Source: Zootoca vivipara (lineage: Eukaryota). From it: a stretch of DNA of 64,000 bases. Positions within the stretch are counted from its first letter, which is position 1. The number at the start of each line of letters is the position of its first letter. The notes beneath the pieces were generated by a model. It worked only from the letters and a program-made list of their open reading frames with translations. It was not told where the DNA came from and did no database searches. The stretch is from the NCBI RefSeq assembly GCF_963506605.1, contig NC_083279.1:62744001-62808000 (forward strand), given 5' to 3'. The translations under genes and the position numbers were made by a program. This document shows, in pieces, positions 48,701-61,866 of the stretch.

Positions 48701-48978
48701 ACTGAGGATAAAAATATGGAGACACCATCTTTGCTGGGAGATCAGAAGATTAGCTTGGCAAAAGAAATCTTCTCCATGTTTCATTTCCTTGTCAACTGAG
48801 CTTCCCCTTTCCAAGGTGTTGACTGGATGAGAGCAATTGGTTGGAACTAGCTTCTCTATTCACATGATGAAACAGACAAGAGTCTGACTATTATCAGGTG
48901 AGAACACACATCTTGTGACTCTGCAGTATCATTGTTTCTGTTTTCCAAGTCCATTAACACAACTCTTCTGCAACAGCA

Positions 48979-49014
48979 TCACACCACGAGGGACATCCTT
49001 GTTGGGAACTCATT
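48979..49014 (-). CDS. ILDR2: ILDR2 terminal coding exon (NEFPTRMSLVV*)
   Basis: 36 nt, phase 0, strong acceptor; angulin-family C-terminal SLVV PDZ-binding motif. Confidence 0.95.
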   Translation of the reverse strand, partial: NEFPTRMSLVV

Positions 49015-50720
49015 CTGAGGGGGAAAAGAGAGGCAAACACTGTGAAACATTAAATTGCAAGTCTCATAACATGAAGAGAAAAATGTATCCTCAGCAGGGA
49101 ACAAAATTTGGGTGCTTGGCTTCTGCTTTCAGAAACCTTAAGAGGCCTCTTACAGTGGGGCTTCCCCACATGCTAACTAGCTTCATGGTGGCATTTTTCA
49201 GATCTTTCTATCTTTAACCACCTGCCCATCAATCGCACAACCTCAGTATGAAGGGGCAAATTCGTACGACGTTCTGAAAGCCTGCTGGAAGACCCCTTGT
49301 TTTCATTCCTGGTTCAAACCATGCCTAGGGTAATTGTTCATTTAAGTGCTTCATCATGAGCGCAGGGTGCAGTTTCACAAGGCTCCACACAACCTGCTTC
49401 AGGAAGGCTTTTGATGGCATTGTCTATATTCAAAATTAACTGCTCATCCAGATTTCCTTTTGTGCCGCACTTTCCATGCACAGCCCCACACTTTAAAGTT
49501 CTGTGTCCAAGTGGTGTGGGTTTTTTTGGGGGGGGGGAGTCCCAGTGCTTTCCCTGGGAAAATCCACATTTACCACTGAATTGGAGCAAACGGCAGTCTG
49601 CGAAAAACCTGGTTACCATTTGCTTCAATTCAGTTGTAAAACACGAGTTGTTCTGGGGGAAGCACTGGGTAAAAATGAAAAACCACTCGGACCTGGACCT
49701 GGAAAGCCAGGACCTGTACCTAGAAATGTGGCACAAAAGGAAGTCTGGATGAGTCTAGATTAAAAACCAAATATCTCACCACAAGTACAAGGGTCACAGT
49801 AGCTCCTTGTAAGCTGCCAGATGGCACTTGGGCCTTCCTTTCTCCATCACCCAAGCCAGCATAATTGCACTAACTGATCTTCCTCAGATCAATAATTCTC
49901 TAGTTATACATGTGTGCTCTCAGTACATCTTTATGGCCAGAGCTGCCATGAATGCTCTTCCTTTTACTGAGTGATCAGTGGGCAATTTTCTGACTGATCA
50001 GACACAAACTGCACCAGGCAGCCTTCTAAATTAATTTGACACATCAGTGGATTATCAGCTAGTGCAAATACACTTTTAACTACTCAACAAGTTATAAGCA
50101 ACAAGTTATTAAGAAGGAAATACATAGGCCATCAACTTTCCCATCCAACAACACCAGTACACAGATAGTTAACAACTGTTCCAACTGCTCAAAAAATAAG
50201 ATGAACAAATGCCACTTCCAAACGTTGTCTAGACTCTGAACTTTGGAAACTTTTAAAAGAATTGCCTTTCTACTCAGGTCACTAGGATCAAATCAAGCAA
50301 CTTTTGCTTTCACCCATCATCAGTTACCCAAAATTCATTTACGATTTACTAAAATTAGATTAGTTTGCTTCCTTTCTCATTATCAGCCCCTAGCCTGACA
50401 CCTTCTGCTCAAGATATTCCTCTTTGTACTCCTCAGTTCTCCTAATCAAGGCAGATTTTTTTTATAATGCATTTTGTACTCAGATTCCAAGGCCTAAGAC
50501 TGAAACATGAAAGTGGCCACAATTTTCAGGCTCCCCCTGCAACAGGTGTGCAAGCAGGGCTGAGATCTTTCCCCAGTTGCAACTTGAGTAACAGAACCAG
50601 AGTACAAAAACATTGACTACGAAGCGGCCCTAAGTTGCCCCATCAGCCCAGAACCTAGCCACCCTGCCTGGTGATTCTTGCTCAGCCCATTTGGATCAGG
50701 AGTGTCAGACATGGCCTCAC

Positions 50721-51414
50721 TGTTTTCTTGGGTTCTTTCTTCCTTTTCTTATCTGAGTTATTCAGGCTAGGTTGCTCTCTGCTTCTGTATGAAGGGCCTC
50801 GGCTCAACTCCCTTTCGCTGTATGGCGGCAGAGTGTCTTCCCCTTCCTCTTGCTGTGGAGGTTGCTGTTGTTGCTGCTGCTGGTGGTGCTGCTGCTGCCC
50901 TGGTTTGTACGTGGATGGTGGCGACCAAGCATAGTATGTCCCTCCTCTCTGGCTGGATTGTGAGCTAAACTTTGAAGGTGTCCCGCCATGATCACCACCT
51001 TCATCATAGCTTCGCGATTTCCTCTCAAGGGCGCTGGTAAGGTAGGAGTGGTCATACTTCTGACTCCCTCCCGGTGTCCGACACACTAGCCTAGGCAAGT
51101 GTTTCTCTTCGTGGGTACGCCTCCTGGGTGGGCTATACGTCCAGCCCCGATCCGAATCTGTCAACGGCTCACGATTTCCTGCCCTGTGCTTGCCATAATA
51201 CTCATCGGATGAGTTTTCTGGGTGTTGCACTGCACCTCCACGTGCTCCCCTGGATCCTGTTCTCTCAAAGCGCCGGGGCTCCTGAGTGCCTTCTGTCCGA
51301 CAGACGTGCTGACTGTAGGACTCGGCAAAGGCTGCAAGTTCATCCATGGAGACAGCCGGCACTCCCATGGGGAAACTCTTCCTCGAGAGCATTTCTGATT
51401 TGCATCTCTGCTGG
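50721..51414 (-). CDS. ILDR2: ILDR2 large cytoplasmic exon
   Basis: 694 nt: KSEMLSRKSF..VPAVSMDELAAFAESY, KYDHSYL, YYAWSPPSTYK, LPPYSERELSRGPSYR, KKRKKEPKKT. Confidence 0.95.
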
Positions 51415-52430
51415 CTGAAAGAGACGGGAAATGGTTCGTGTTTTTTGTTTCAAATCAGTAAGCCAGTCTTGTAACTGGACTTGCCTGCTCACCTAGGTTG
51501 AGCAAGCAATAAACCCCAAGTGAAGCACCTGATATCCAGCAGCCTAATATCCTTNNNNNNNNNNNNNNNNNNNNNNNNNNNNNNNNNNNNNNNNNNNNNN
51601 NNNNNNNNNNNNNNNNNNNNNNNNNNNNNNNNNNNNNNNNNNNNNNNNNNNNNNNNNNNNNNNNNNNNNNNNNNNNNNNNNNNNNNNNNNNNNNNNNCCC
51701 AAAGGAGCTTAGGAGAAGAAACAACAAAGAAGTAAAAAGAATACAATTAAAATAAAGTAAAACATATTAAAAACATTTAAGAACAATGAAGAATATTTTA
51801 AAGCATGTAAAAACAGTCATATAACCTCACAACAACTAATAATTTCAAGGTTGTTGCGAATAGGATCTTTCACCCGTTAGGTGTTTGAGTGAACAGGTTA
51901 TTTCAAAAATTCCTCTTCAATGTTTATAATGAGGGAGTGGGGAAAGAGAGAGACGCCTCACCAGGGAGGGCCTTCTCTGGTTTGTTTTAATTCATGCTGG
52001 GAGAAAGTTTGGGATAGAAAGAAAATAAATAAAGGAAATTCCACAAATGGGAAACCGCTACTAAGAAGGCCCTGCTGTGGGTCAGCACCAACGAGGGAGC
52101 ATCCAACGGCAACAGCATCAACCAGGCCTCCCCGCTGATTGTAGGACATTTTCAATCACTTTTTATATTAATCTCTTCTCTGGATGTAAACACACCTGAG
52201 TCCTTCAACTTTTATTCACAGGAATTTTTCTCAAAGCCCCTCACCATCTTTGTCACTTTTGACTCTTACTCTTTTCATTGTCATTCAAGCACCTCCCTCT
52301 ACCCCCCCTCCTAAAAAATTTGGACCGCAATAATAAGAAAGAAAAAGGAGGGAAATCAGGAAAGCAAAAGGCATTCTCCTTCTCCCTCCCTCCCTTCCTC
52401 CCCCCCCCTTCTCCCAGGAGCTGCACTCAC

Positions 52431-52641
52431 CTGAGCCTCAAGCTGCCCCTCTCTGCCCTGTAGTCAGAACATGTCTGTGGCCTAGATGTGCCACCTCCAC
52501 TGATGACTCCTGCCCAGTATTCTGCATCACCATCCATGTCTCCTGAAGGGGGAAGCGGCTTCCTGCGCACCTGGCGGTAAGATTGGCGGAAGTTGGCATC
52601 TTCCTCATGCAAGGAGCTGAGCTCTGAGATGGTGTTATTGT
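52431..52641 (-). CDS. ILDR2: ILDR2 exon (YNNTISELSSLHEED...)
   Basis: 211 nt, phase 1-2, canonical splice sites. Confidence 0.95.
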
Positions 52642-53071
52642 CTGGGATGAAAGAAGGCACAGAAATGCTGGAAACCATGGAGATGATAAAAATAACTCAG
52701 AATAAACATTGGGAAAAATAGCAATCTAACACTCATGGATTATTGGAGACCCTTCACATACCGGAACAGAATTAATTCATATGAAGGAGTTCTTCAAGAA
52801 ACACTAGATTTTGTATAGAATATCTAAATATTGTATAATCCTTTCTGGATGGATTATTATCTGTAGAATTTGNNNNNNNNNNNNNNNNNNNNNNNNNNNN
52901 NNNNNNNNNNNNNNNNNNNNNNNNNNNNNNNNNNNNNNNNNNNNNNNNNNNNNNNNNNNNNNNNNNNNNNNNNNNNNNNNNNNNNNNNNNNNNNNNNNNN
53001 NNNNNNNNNNNNNNAACCATCCCGAGACCCCCAAGTATAGGCTGGTATATAAATTCAATAAATATAATAAA

Positions 53072-53154
53072 AAGAAGAAGAAGAAGAAGAAGAAGAAGAA
53101 GAAGAAGAAGAAGAAGAAGAAGAAGAAGAAGAAGAAGAAGAAGAAGAAGAAGAA
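53072..53154. repeat. (AAG)n microsatellite
   Basis: Directly visible. Confidence 0.95.
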
Positions 53155-53431
53155 ATAAAATAATTATCAATGCTATACAGATCAAATCTGCAATTTTAAA
53201 AAATGAGGATACATGACTAAATGACTAAATGATATTTTATTTCTGGATAGGTTTGCTGCAATAAAGGCACTAAAAAGCAGTAATCTAAGACAGTATAGGG
53301 CATCTGCCTAATAGGCAGGCAGTTCCAAAGCATTAGTGCTGCCACACAACAAGACAAACTACAGAACAAACATTAAATGGCACTTGTAAAAGCACTAATT
53401 CAGGAAAATATGAGGAAAAGAGTGGTTCCAA

Positions 53432-53823
53432 AGAAGGTAAAAAGGGAAAGGGAAAGGACCCCTGGATGGGTAAGTCCAGTCAAAGACGGCTATGGGATTG
53501 CGGAGCCCATCTCGCTTTTCAGGGCAAGGGAGCCAGCGTTTGTCCACAGACAGCTTTCCGGGTCATGTGGCCAGCATGACTAAACTGCTATTGGAGCATG
53601 GAGGACCATGGCAGGAGCCATAGTGCACGGAAACGCCGTTTACCTTCCTGCCGCAGCAGTACCTATTTATCTACTCGCACTGGCATGCTTTCGAACTGCT
53701 AGATTGGCAGAAGCTGGGACAGAGCAATGGGAGCTCACCCCGTCATACGGATTCGAACCGCTGACCTTCCAATCAGCAAGCCGAAGAGGCTCAGTGGTTT
53801 AGACCACAGCGCCACCCGCTCCC
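53432..53823 (-). mobile_element. Sauria SINE, full length
   Basis: 5' GGGAGCGGGTGGCGCTGTGGTCTAAACCACTGAG, B box GGTTCGAATCC, CATGCTGGCCACATGACC core, ACCTT-type tail. Confidence 0.92.
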
Positions 53824-53933
53824 TTACAGACCCATAGAACCACATGGCTAGCTCTATGTGTCAGTGAGAGATGTAGTACTGTATCTCACCATCAATAGTC
53901 TTTCATGTAAGAAAGTAAGAAGTTCTTGGAAAT

Positions 53934-54656
53934 TATTTTATTTATTTATTTATTTATTTATTTATACCCCGCCCATCTGGCTGGGTTTCCCCCGCCACTC
54001 TGGGCAGCTTCCAACAAACACCAAAATACATTAAAATATCACAGTTTAAAAACTTCCCTAAACAGGACTGCCTTTAGGTGTTTTCTAAGTGTCAGGTAGT
54101 TGTTTATCTCCTTGACCTCCGATGGGAGGGCGTTCCACAGGGTGGGCGCCACTACCAAAAAGGCCCTATGCCTGGTTCCCTGTAGCTTGGCTTCTCGCAG
54201 TGAGGGAACCGCCAGAAGGCCCTCAGCGCTGGATCTCAGTGTCCGGGCTGAATGATGGGGGTGGAGACGCTCCTTCAGGTCCGAGGCCGTTTAGGGCTTT
54301 AAAGGTCAGCACCAACACTTTGAATTGTGCTCGGAAATGTACTGGGAGCCAATGTAGGACTCTTAGGACCAGTGTTATATGGTCTCAGCGGCCACTCCCA
54401 GTCACCAGTCTAGCTGCCGCTTTCTGGATTAATTGCAGTTTCCGGGTCACCTTCAAAGGTAGCCCCACGTAGAGCGCATTGCAGTAGTCCAAGCGGGAGA
54501 TAGCTAGAGCATGCACCACTCTGGTGAGACAGTCTGCGGGTAGGTAGGGTCTCAGCCTGCATACTTGATGGAGCTGATAGACAGCCGCCCTGGACACAGA
54601 ATTAACCTGCACCTCCATGGACAGCTGTGAGTCCAAAATGACTCCCAGGCTGCGCA
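53934..54656 (-). mobile_element. L2 LINE 3' fragment
   Basis: RSLGVILDSQLSME...ISRLDYCNALYVGLPLKVTRKLQLIQ; (TAAA)n tail. Confidence 0.92.
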
Positions 54657-55873
54657 TTTCTAACTTGGCGTGAGGGTCTGCTGCTCAAAAGGAAAAAGTT
54701 ACAGGGAATCAACAGGACATGCTCCAGCCCCTGAGTGCACCCAAGTAGATTTTTTGGGATTCTGAATGCAAAACCAATGTGAACACTGTATTATTGCTCA
54801 TAAAGATTTCCATGTGCATTTTTTCACAGGTACTCCTCCATAGCAATAAAACATAGAAGCAACCTACTGTGTGTCAGAATTAAATGCATTCTGTCTCACT
54901 CTTTCTGGAGTGGGAGAAAGACCAGCTCTGTGTGATTAACCAAACTTAGCTTTTTAAAATGACGTGTTCTTTCCCTCCCATCACCCCCATTGCCTAACCC
55001 ACTGCACATAGTGACATCTGGATCCTAGGCATCCCAATCTGGAGGAAACCTTTTTATAGTATTTATTGTGGGTGGAAATGGCAGCATGTTCAGTGATGAC
55101 TGCTTGAGTACACCATGTAATTTTTTAGTTTTTCCCCTCAGAGCTGTGATTAAAGCCATTCCCTGAGTCTGTCAAGTGATTGTGGCAGCTTGTATATCTC
55201 TGACAGCCAGGACCAAGTGGCACTAATGGGCTGAATCGATTGAATGTGTATGCTAAAAACAGAGGGCAGCATTTTTATCTGTATTTTTTTTTTAAAAAAA
55301 ATCTGTATTAGACGTATCTGAATGGACTTGGTGAGTCAGTGACTTGGACCACCTCAGTATGTAGCAATTTATTTCCTGCCGTCTTTTGCTAGAAATGATG
55401 GATGTGTACAGACATACATAATGTGGTGGTGAGCCCTATGTGGAAATGCACTCACTGTGTTTTTCTCTCCCGGACTGAACTCAGAAGAAACCTTTCTGTG
55501 TCTTTACAGCAGAAGGCAATTGTTCACAGTGCTGGTTGGTGGAAACTGATGGCATTACTAACTCACTTCCCAGCCCTTTCCTGGAGCACTTTTTTCAATA
55601 TTTTAGAAACTGTTTCCAGTTTTTTTTAAAAAAAAAATGGCAGGGAGGGAGATGAATGTGCATGTGATGCAATTAAGAAAGGTGGATATCTTGTTGAAGA
55701 AACATGTTACTTTGCATCCTGTTAGTAGCCCAGTCTTCACCAAATAGTTTATATCAGTGTGATCACCATTACAGGTTAAGGGGACAGGGGAGTTTGCATT
55801 AACATTCCATTCTATTTTGAATGAAACAATGTTGGGTTTTACGAGAAATAGCGGGACAAGTTCCATCTCTTAC

Positions 55874-55987
55874 ATCTCTCTCGCATCCTCCTCGCTGGGT
55901 CAAATTGAGCCAGTTCTTTCTCGACATAGTACAGCACCTTCATAGAATCTCTCTCTTTGTCGGCCTGGATTCGGTAGCCTTTCCGCA
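55874..55987 (-). CDS. ILDR2: ILDR2 exon (VRKGYRIQADKERDSMKVLYYVEKELAQFDPARRMRER)
   Basis: 114 nt, phase 1-1; diagnostic conserved peptide. Confidence 0.97.
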
Positions 55988-56059
55988 CTGTTGGAGAAGT
56001 AGTAAATAACTGGTCAGTATGTATTCTTCCCAAAAAATAACTTTCAAGTCCTCCTAAAG

Positions 56060-56195
56060 CAGGCATCCCCAAACTGCAGCCCTCCAGATGTTTTGGCCTA
56101 CAACTCCCACGATCCCTAGCTAACAGGACAAGTGGTTGGGGAAGATGGGAATTGTAGTCCAAAACATCTGGAGGCCCGAAGTTTGGGGATGCCTG
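56060..56195. mobile_element. 136-bp hAT-type MITE
   Basis: TIRs CAGGCATCCCCAAACT; perfect 8-bp TSD tcctaaag. Confidence 0.9.
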
Positions 56196-57247
56196 TCCTA
56201 AAGTATCAAAACAGGATGCCTAACTAATTCCTGATCAGGGGAGAACAGAATCTTATGTGTTCGTTAACTCAAAAGCCACAGGCAAATTCATGAACAATTG
56301 CACACTTCCAAACCTTGAAGATTTCAGTGGAAAAATCAACACACTCTTCTCTGGCACTGAAATAAGTGGACCTTTAAAATATGGAACTATAAAGTGTGGG
56401 ATCATGCCTAATTTGAATAACAGTAGTGAATGTGTTTCCTCAAACATTGTGTTCATTGTGTTCATTTCCCCCTGCCGACAAGAGTGTCTATGACATGGTG
56501 TTTCTTCTAATATGAATGTCTCTTTATTATTACGATAAAACTTTATTCATCTTACCCGTTTAGGAAAGTGACTTTTAAACTGCTAGTGACCTTGATGGAA
56601 ATTAGAGTGGCATTATACAGTCATCATCTCTTGTAGTCCCAGAGGTTATTTTGGCCTTTGGATATCTATTTGGGTAGCTTGCATAATTTCTGTAATTGTC
56701 AGGGAAATTAGTCATCCTCCCCCCCCCCCGGCCCATTGCAACTGTGTAGTAGGAAAAATATATATCCTATTTTGTTGAATGTAGATACTAATATCAGAGT
56801 GAGTTTAGATCTGTTGACTGATCCCAAACCATTAAGGAAGACACTCCTAAAATAAAAAAATGAGCTTAATGAGGCTTACTCCCAAGTACGTGCAATATAT
56901 TTGCAGCCTTAAAGAAATGTCTAGTGTGGTCAGTAAAGTTCAGCCAGCATTTGATTCCATTAGTTATTCCATATAAATCAGAGGTGATTATAGTAACCCA
57001 TGCGACAGTATTTATAACAATTGCCCATGCCTAGTACCTGAGAAGTGAGAGGGTGCGAAGGATTTAGCCGTGCTTTATAATGTATGCAACCAATTTGAAG
57101 TAGTTTCAGAGAAGCAGACCCAACACCATGTCCAATAACAATGAAATGAAAAATGCAGTGGGTTGTTTGTTTGTTTTTCAAAGTATGTGTCAATTGAGCA
57201 TCCTACTTCAGCATAGCGATCTCTGTGCAGTGACATTTAAAGTGTGT

Positions 57248-57279
<32 letters not shown>

Positions 57280-58344
57280 CTGTGGTCTAACATGTTGGGT
57301 TGTTTATGATACTTTTCAGTTCAATATAATTCTGCTTTTGGTCAAATGTTGATTTATCACTCCTGAATCTGCTCCAGATCTTTTCGTTAATAATGAAATA
57401 ATATTTTAACAGTTCCCCTTAACTCATCCATTCTTACTTTGAGTGGAGGAGAGCAGAAATGCACAGATTATTTGAACCCTTTTTTCCAATGACTTTTCCA
57501 ATGATCCCTCAAAAGGTCAGTACCCTAGTACATGGGCACAGGAGCTTTATTGCCAGCACTTGGTCATCAATTGCTTTTTCAGGAATGTCATCCCAGTGCT
57601 GTTATTACCAATTAGATTCTTCCTTCCGAAATGCCACGTGCAGTTTCAAGAGCTAGTAGTACAAGCATTTGATCCTAAAGTATTTGCACAGGACTGTTGA
57701 TAAAGAACACGTGCCATTTTCTTTGGCTGCCTATCACTGATAAGCAAAAAGGCATGTTGCGCTATCCTAAGCACGTTCCACTACATTCAAGAGAACTTGC
57801 TCCTGACTAATGTCCATAGGATTGCACAACACACACACCCTTAATCACAGATCAGTACTGATTCAAGGCATGTGTGACATAATCTACCCTGAACCAAAAG
57901 CACATGGAAGTATGCACTAGGCATGCTGCCACCACACTGAACACTTGAAAGGGGGGCATGGTTTTCTTCTAAAAAGTTCCAGGCAAAATATGTGGTGGAA
58001 AACATATAAAATACCATGAGTTTTTGTTCATGAGTGGTAGAGATGAAGCAGAGGGGCAAAAAGGATTTGTGTTTTTACTTTGCATGATTATGCAAACTCA
58101 CACATTTCTTAATATTGAAAGACAACTGTCCATCAAAAAACAGACAAAGAAGTTTGTACCTTATTTTTCAGGAAAAGTCAGCCTTTCCTAATCTTGAAAC
58201 TTTCCCAGTTAGAATGAGGATATCCCTTGGATTTGTTAATTTAATTACATGTGAATACACTTGTATACATTTCCCTCCTATTCTGCTTCATTTGAGGGCC
58301 CTGGTGATATATTCTGACAAAGACCCAGAAAGCATCCGGATTAC

Positions 58345-58524
58345 CACTTTGTCCTCCGGCGCTGGATTCACTTGCTGCCAAAGCAGGAAGGTGTGACTTC
58401 TCCATCAGGACAGTATGAGATGGGACTCCAGCCGCAGAGTGGACAGAGGGAATATAATAAGGCCCGGGGACTGATGTAACAGTTGAAGGGTATCCAGCCT
58501 TCGCAGCCTTTCCTGCTTCATACA
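58345..58524 (-). CDS. ILDR2: ILDR2 exon (LYEAGKAAKAGYP...)
   Basis: 180 nt, phase 1-1, canonical splice sites. Confidence 0.95.
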
Positions 58525-59654
58525 CTGAAGAAAAAATGTAATAATTAAAAACGAAGCATTCACCCTGTAGTGCTTCCCATTTGTAACTCCTCTTGATTTT
58601 AGCAACAGAAATTGCAACAGCCAATTGATTCTTCCAAGGTCTTTTAAATGAGATGATACTGAACCCATTTTAAACAAACAAGCTCAGCAAGTGTCATCGG
58701 AAATGTTTTCATGTTTCAGAGATACTATGGTCTAAATATCTTCAGCAGCAAAAATCAGGTTCAGGTCATAACAAGACTTTCTATCAGGTATATTTCTGCA
58801 AAGTAATCAGAGGATTTGTTTATTTAAAAAGGGGATTCATTTAAAAAAATTAAACCACCGAGTAAACAAATGCAGAACCTAAATGAAATTTGAGGGAAAT
58901 TGCCCAGAAGCCTAATTAGCAAAGAGCATTCACCATGTAAATAGATTCTGTTTAATTTATCTTATAGCATCGTAGCAGTTCACCTTTAATACTATTGGAA
59001 GCCTCAAGCATGTATTAAAAGCCTGCAACTAGTTGGCCAAAGATTCCAATTTATATCAGAATGGGATTTGGCTTCTCACAGCAGACACAGATGTGCACTG
59101 AGCATTCATGTGACTGATATTTCTTTCCACACAGTCACCCTGATCCAGCAAGATCTGTGTGTGGAAGAAAACTTCTGTGCAAGCAACCAGATGGATTTAA
59201 GATGCACACCTGGCTGCTCATTTACTGTACATCTGCATTGCTATGGACATCCAGGCACCATTCAGCTGACTAGTCCATCTTTAGATTTATCTAACATATG
59301 TTCATTTGGCTTCTGCTGTTGATTGAAGTCACTCACAAACATCGAGACATCAAAATTCATCAGTAATTATGCAGTCACTTTTTTTATAAAAAACACACAA
59401 CAACAACGACCTTTTCAAAGTTAACAGTAAAAACAATGGGTTGATTCCATTGCTGGCTTTTGAAAATCCCCCTATCTACTGTATTTTCTATTTTCCTTCT
59501 GTTCAGTGGGTTCACCAACCCTCATGAGGTGTTTCCCAGAAGGAAAAGGCAGCTGCAGTAGAGGATAAGACAAAAATCAAGTGCCCCAATTTGCACAAGT
59601 GTATTTGCTTACTACTGATGGAAAGCCACCACTGGATGCAAGAGACCCAAGGAA

Positions 59655-59801
59655 GCTGCCTTTGGTCCATCTAGTTCAGTATTGTCTACACTAACTGACA
59701 GCAGCTCTATAGGATTTAAGAAAGAGTTCTTTCCCATGCCAGAGTTTGAACCTGGGACATTTTGCATGCAAAGCAGATGCTCTACTATAGAGCTACAGCC
59801 C
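59655..59801 (-). mobile_element. tRNA-derived SINE
   Basis: Minus strand gggctgtagctctatagtagagcatctgctttgcatgcaaaatgtcccaggttcaaactc (tRNA-Ala-like head) plus a SINE body. Confidence 0.7.
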
Positions 59802-60309
59802 GACCCTATACAGATACATACAGTACTCCTCTCATTCAAACCACAGAAAGCCTGAACAAATAGATGGGCCTTAATGGGTTTTTCAAAAGGCTAGCAGGAA
59901 GGAATACTGATAATCCTCTTTCCAAAGGGCTGTTCAAAAGGTGTTTTAAAGCCTCATAAGAACTACCGGTAGCTGCTCCACTCCATCCAGAGACCACAAG
60001 TTGAACATAGCTGCTGTTGGATTACAGCCAATCTATTTTGCAGTCACCCCATGGATGATTGACATCCATATGAAACTCTGCTCTGTGAAAGGTCAACCAA
60101 TACACGTTTGGCTTCTCAGTTCCCAAGGCAATTGGTCAGCCTGATTTTAATGAGCAACAATACTTCAGGGCTGACAGCTGGATCCTTCAGTTCCATGAGA
60201 AGCACAGGAGGAGAAATATCAATTTAGCAATGAATGCAGCAAGGAAGGTGGTGTATCTACACAAAAAAGTGCTTCACAATTTGGCCCACATTGTGAGCAA
60301 GTCACTCAC

Positions 60310-60456
60310 GTGCCCGTGGACAGCAGCAGGTATCTGGGCAGCAGGGGCAGCGGACGTAGCAGCAGCAGCTATGAGGGCAACACTGGCACCAGCAGATCCC
60401 AACCAGGAGGAAGAAGAGGAAGACCCCCAGGATCACCAAGCCCACAAACACCCACT
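60310..60456 (-). CDS. ILDR2: ILDR2 transmembrane and Cys-rich exon
   Basis: 147 nt: [49 protein letters not shown]. Confidence 0.97.
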
Positions 60457-61809
60457 CTAGAAAGAGAGAGAGACAAATGTGTCAAAATGTTAGGACCGTT
60501 AGCCACTGCCAGTTAAGACTATTTAGATTAATTCACTCTGTGGGTGTGGGTGTGTATTTACAAAAAACCTCGGAATAAGTGTCTTTGGGGAAAACTAAAA
60601 GAGATGTAAATCAATTGAATTTGATAATTAAAAAAAAATCTATTAATGCTTAGAAGGAAAGGCCATCTTAAATATTTTTCACTCCATACAGGCAAACCCC
60701 TATTTATGCATGTTCAATAAGTACGCAACCACGCACAAAGGCATCATACCGAACCTGGAAATGACCTGGAAACGTCACGAAAACATCACCAAAAGTGCAG
60801 AATGGGGCAGGGGCCCAGCCCCCTCATAAAAAAAAACTGCCACGGCCCCTAGGAGTCAGTGCCTATGCTATGATCTATAGATTGCTTCCATTACACTTAA
60901 TGTTTACCTGGGGACCCAAATAAAGCTTTAATTATCCAAATATTGTACTGCCCCAAGAAAAGAAAAGTGCTTTTGCCCATCTCTCATAGCAAAAGCCAAA
61001 AAAGCAATAGGTAGGCACAGACAGCAATCTACTAAGTAGTAAATGGCAGTGATTTTAAGAAGATAGAAGTTCTTCCATACAGCGTTGTACAGTTGTCTTG
61101 TGTTCAGTTGTATGTGCAAGTTAGGATTTTCCTGGTAGTAGCAGTCTCCAACTACACCAACATAGGGATACACACAACAGCTTTATATAAACAACACTGG
61201 AGTATCCATCGCAGCAATGGATTGAATAATACCCTAAATCTATATTGCCCATAGGGTTTTTGAAACATCAACCCACAAATGCTACCAAACCGCCTATCCA
61301 TCTATGTCTGCATTCCACAGGGTAGCTTTAGCTGTGGGACGCTACTGAACAAAAAACTTAATTATTTGCCAAAGCTGCTTCTAGACTGTCACTAATTTGC
61401 GGGTAGAATGCAACATAGCAATTGTTTGATGCAACATCATACAACCTCCCTGCAAACAAATCAGAGAGAATACTCAATAAACAGCGGGCACCATAAAATC
61501 TCCCTGCAAACTTTGTGAAAACAAATCTGGATGAAAGCTCGATGGACAGGTTGGTATGGAAGTGATCCAAGTGAATGGTCCCACAAGTAACAACAAAGTC
61601 ACCGTTGTCCTTGCATGCTGCATGTCACTTGCTAAAGCCCCGTTTGTTCTCCCCAATTGCTAGTTGCAAGCAGTTGCAAGCAGTTATGGAAAAGACGGGG
61701 AATCAAGGGCACATGCACAAACTAGGAACAGATGAATGCACAAGATGCTGTGGTTGAATGGGAAGATAAAGTAGAGGAAGAATGGATGAAGTGTTAGATG
61801 ACTGAGTAC

Positions 61810-61866
61810 CTGGCATAATCTCCACAGCAAAACTGGGCAAGAGATCAGCAAGCAGCCCTGTCCTGC
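61810..61866 (-). CDS. ILDR2: ILDR2 57-nt stalk exon (GRTGLLADLLPSFAVEIMP)
   Basis: Phase 1-1; peptide matches the ILDR2 stalk as I recall it; upstream Ig exons lie outside the window. Confidence 0.93.

Noticed and set aside
52772-53185. Poly-Leu and poly-Lys ORFs
   Set aside because: Translation of an (AAG)n microsatellite plus an N gap
59740-59801. tRNA-Ala-like sequence
   Set aside because: Degenerate arms, no proper acceptor stem, continues into a SINE body
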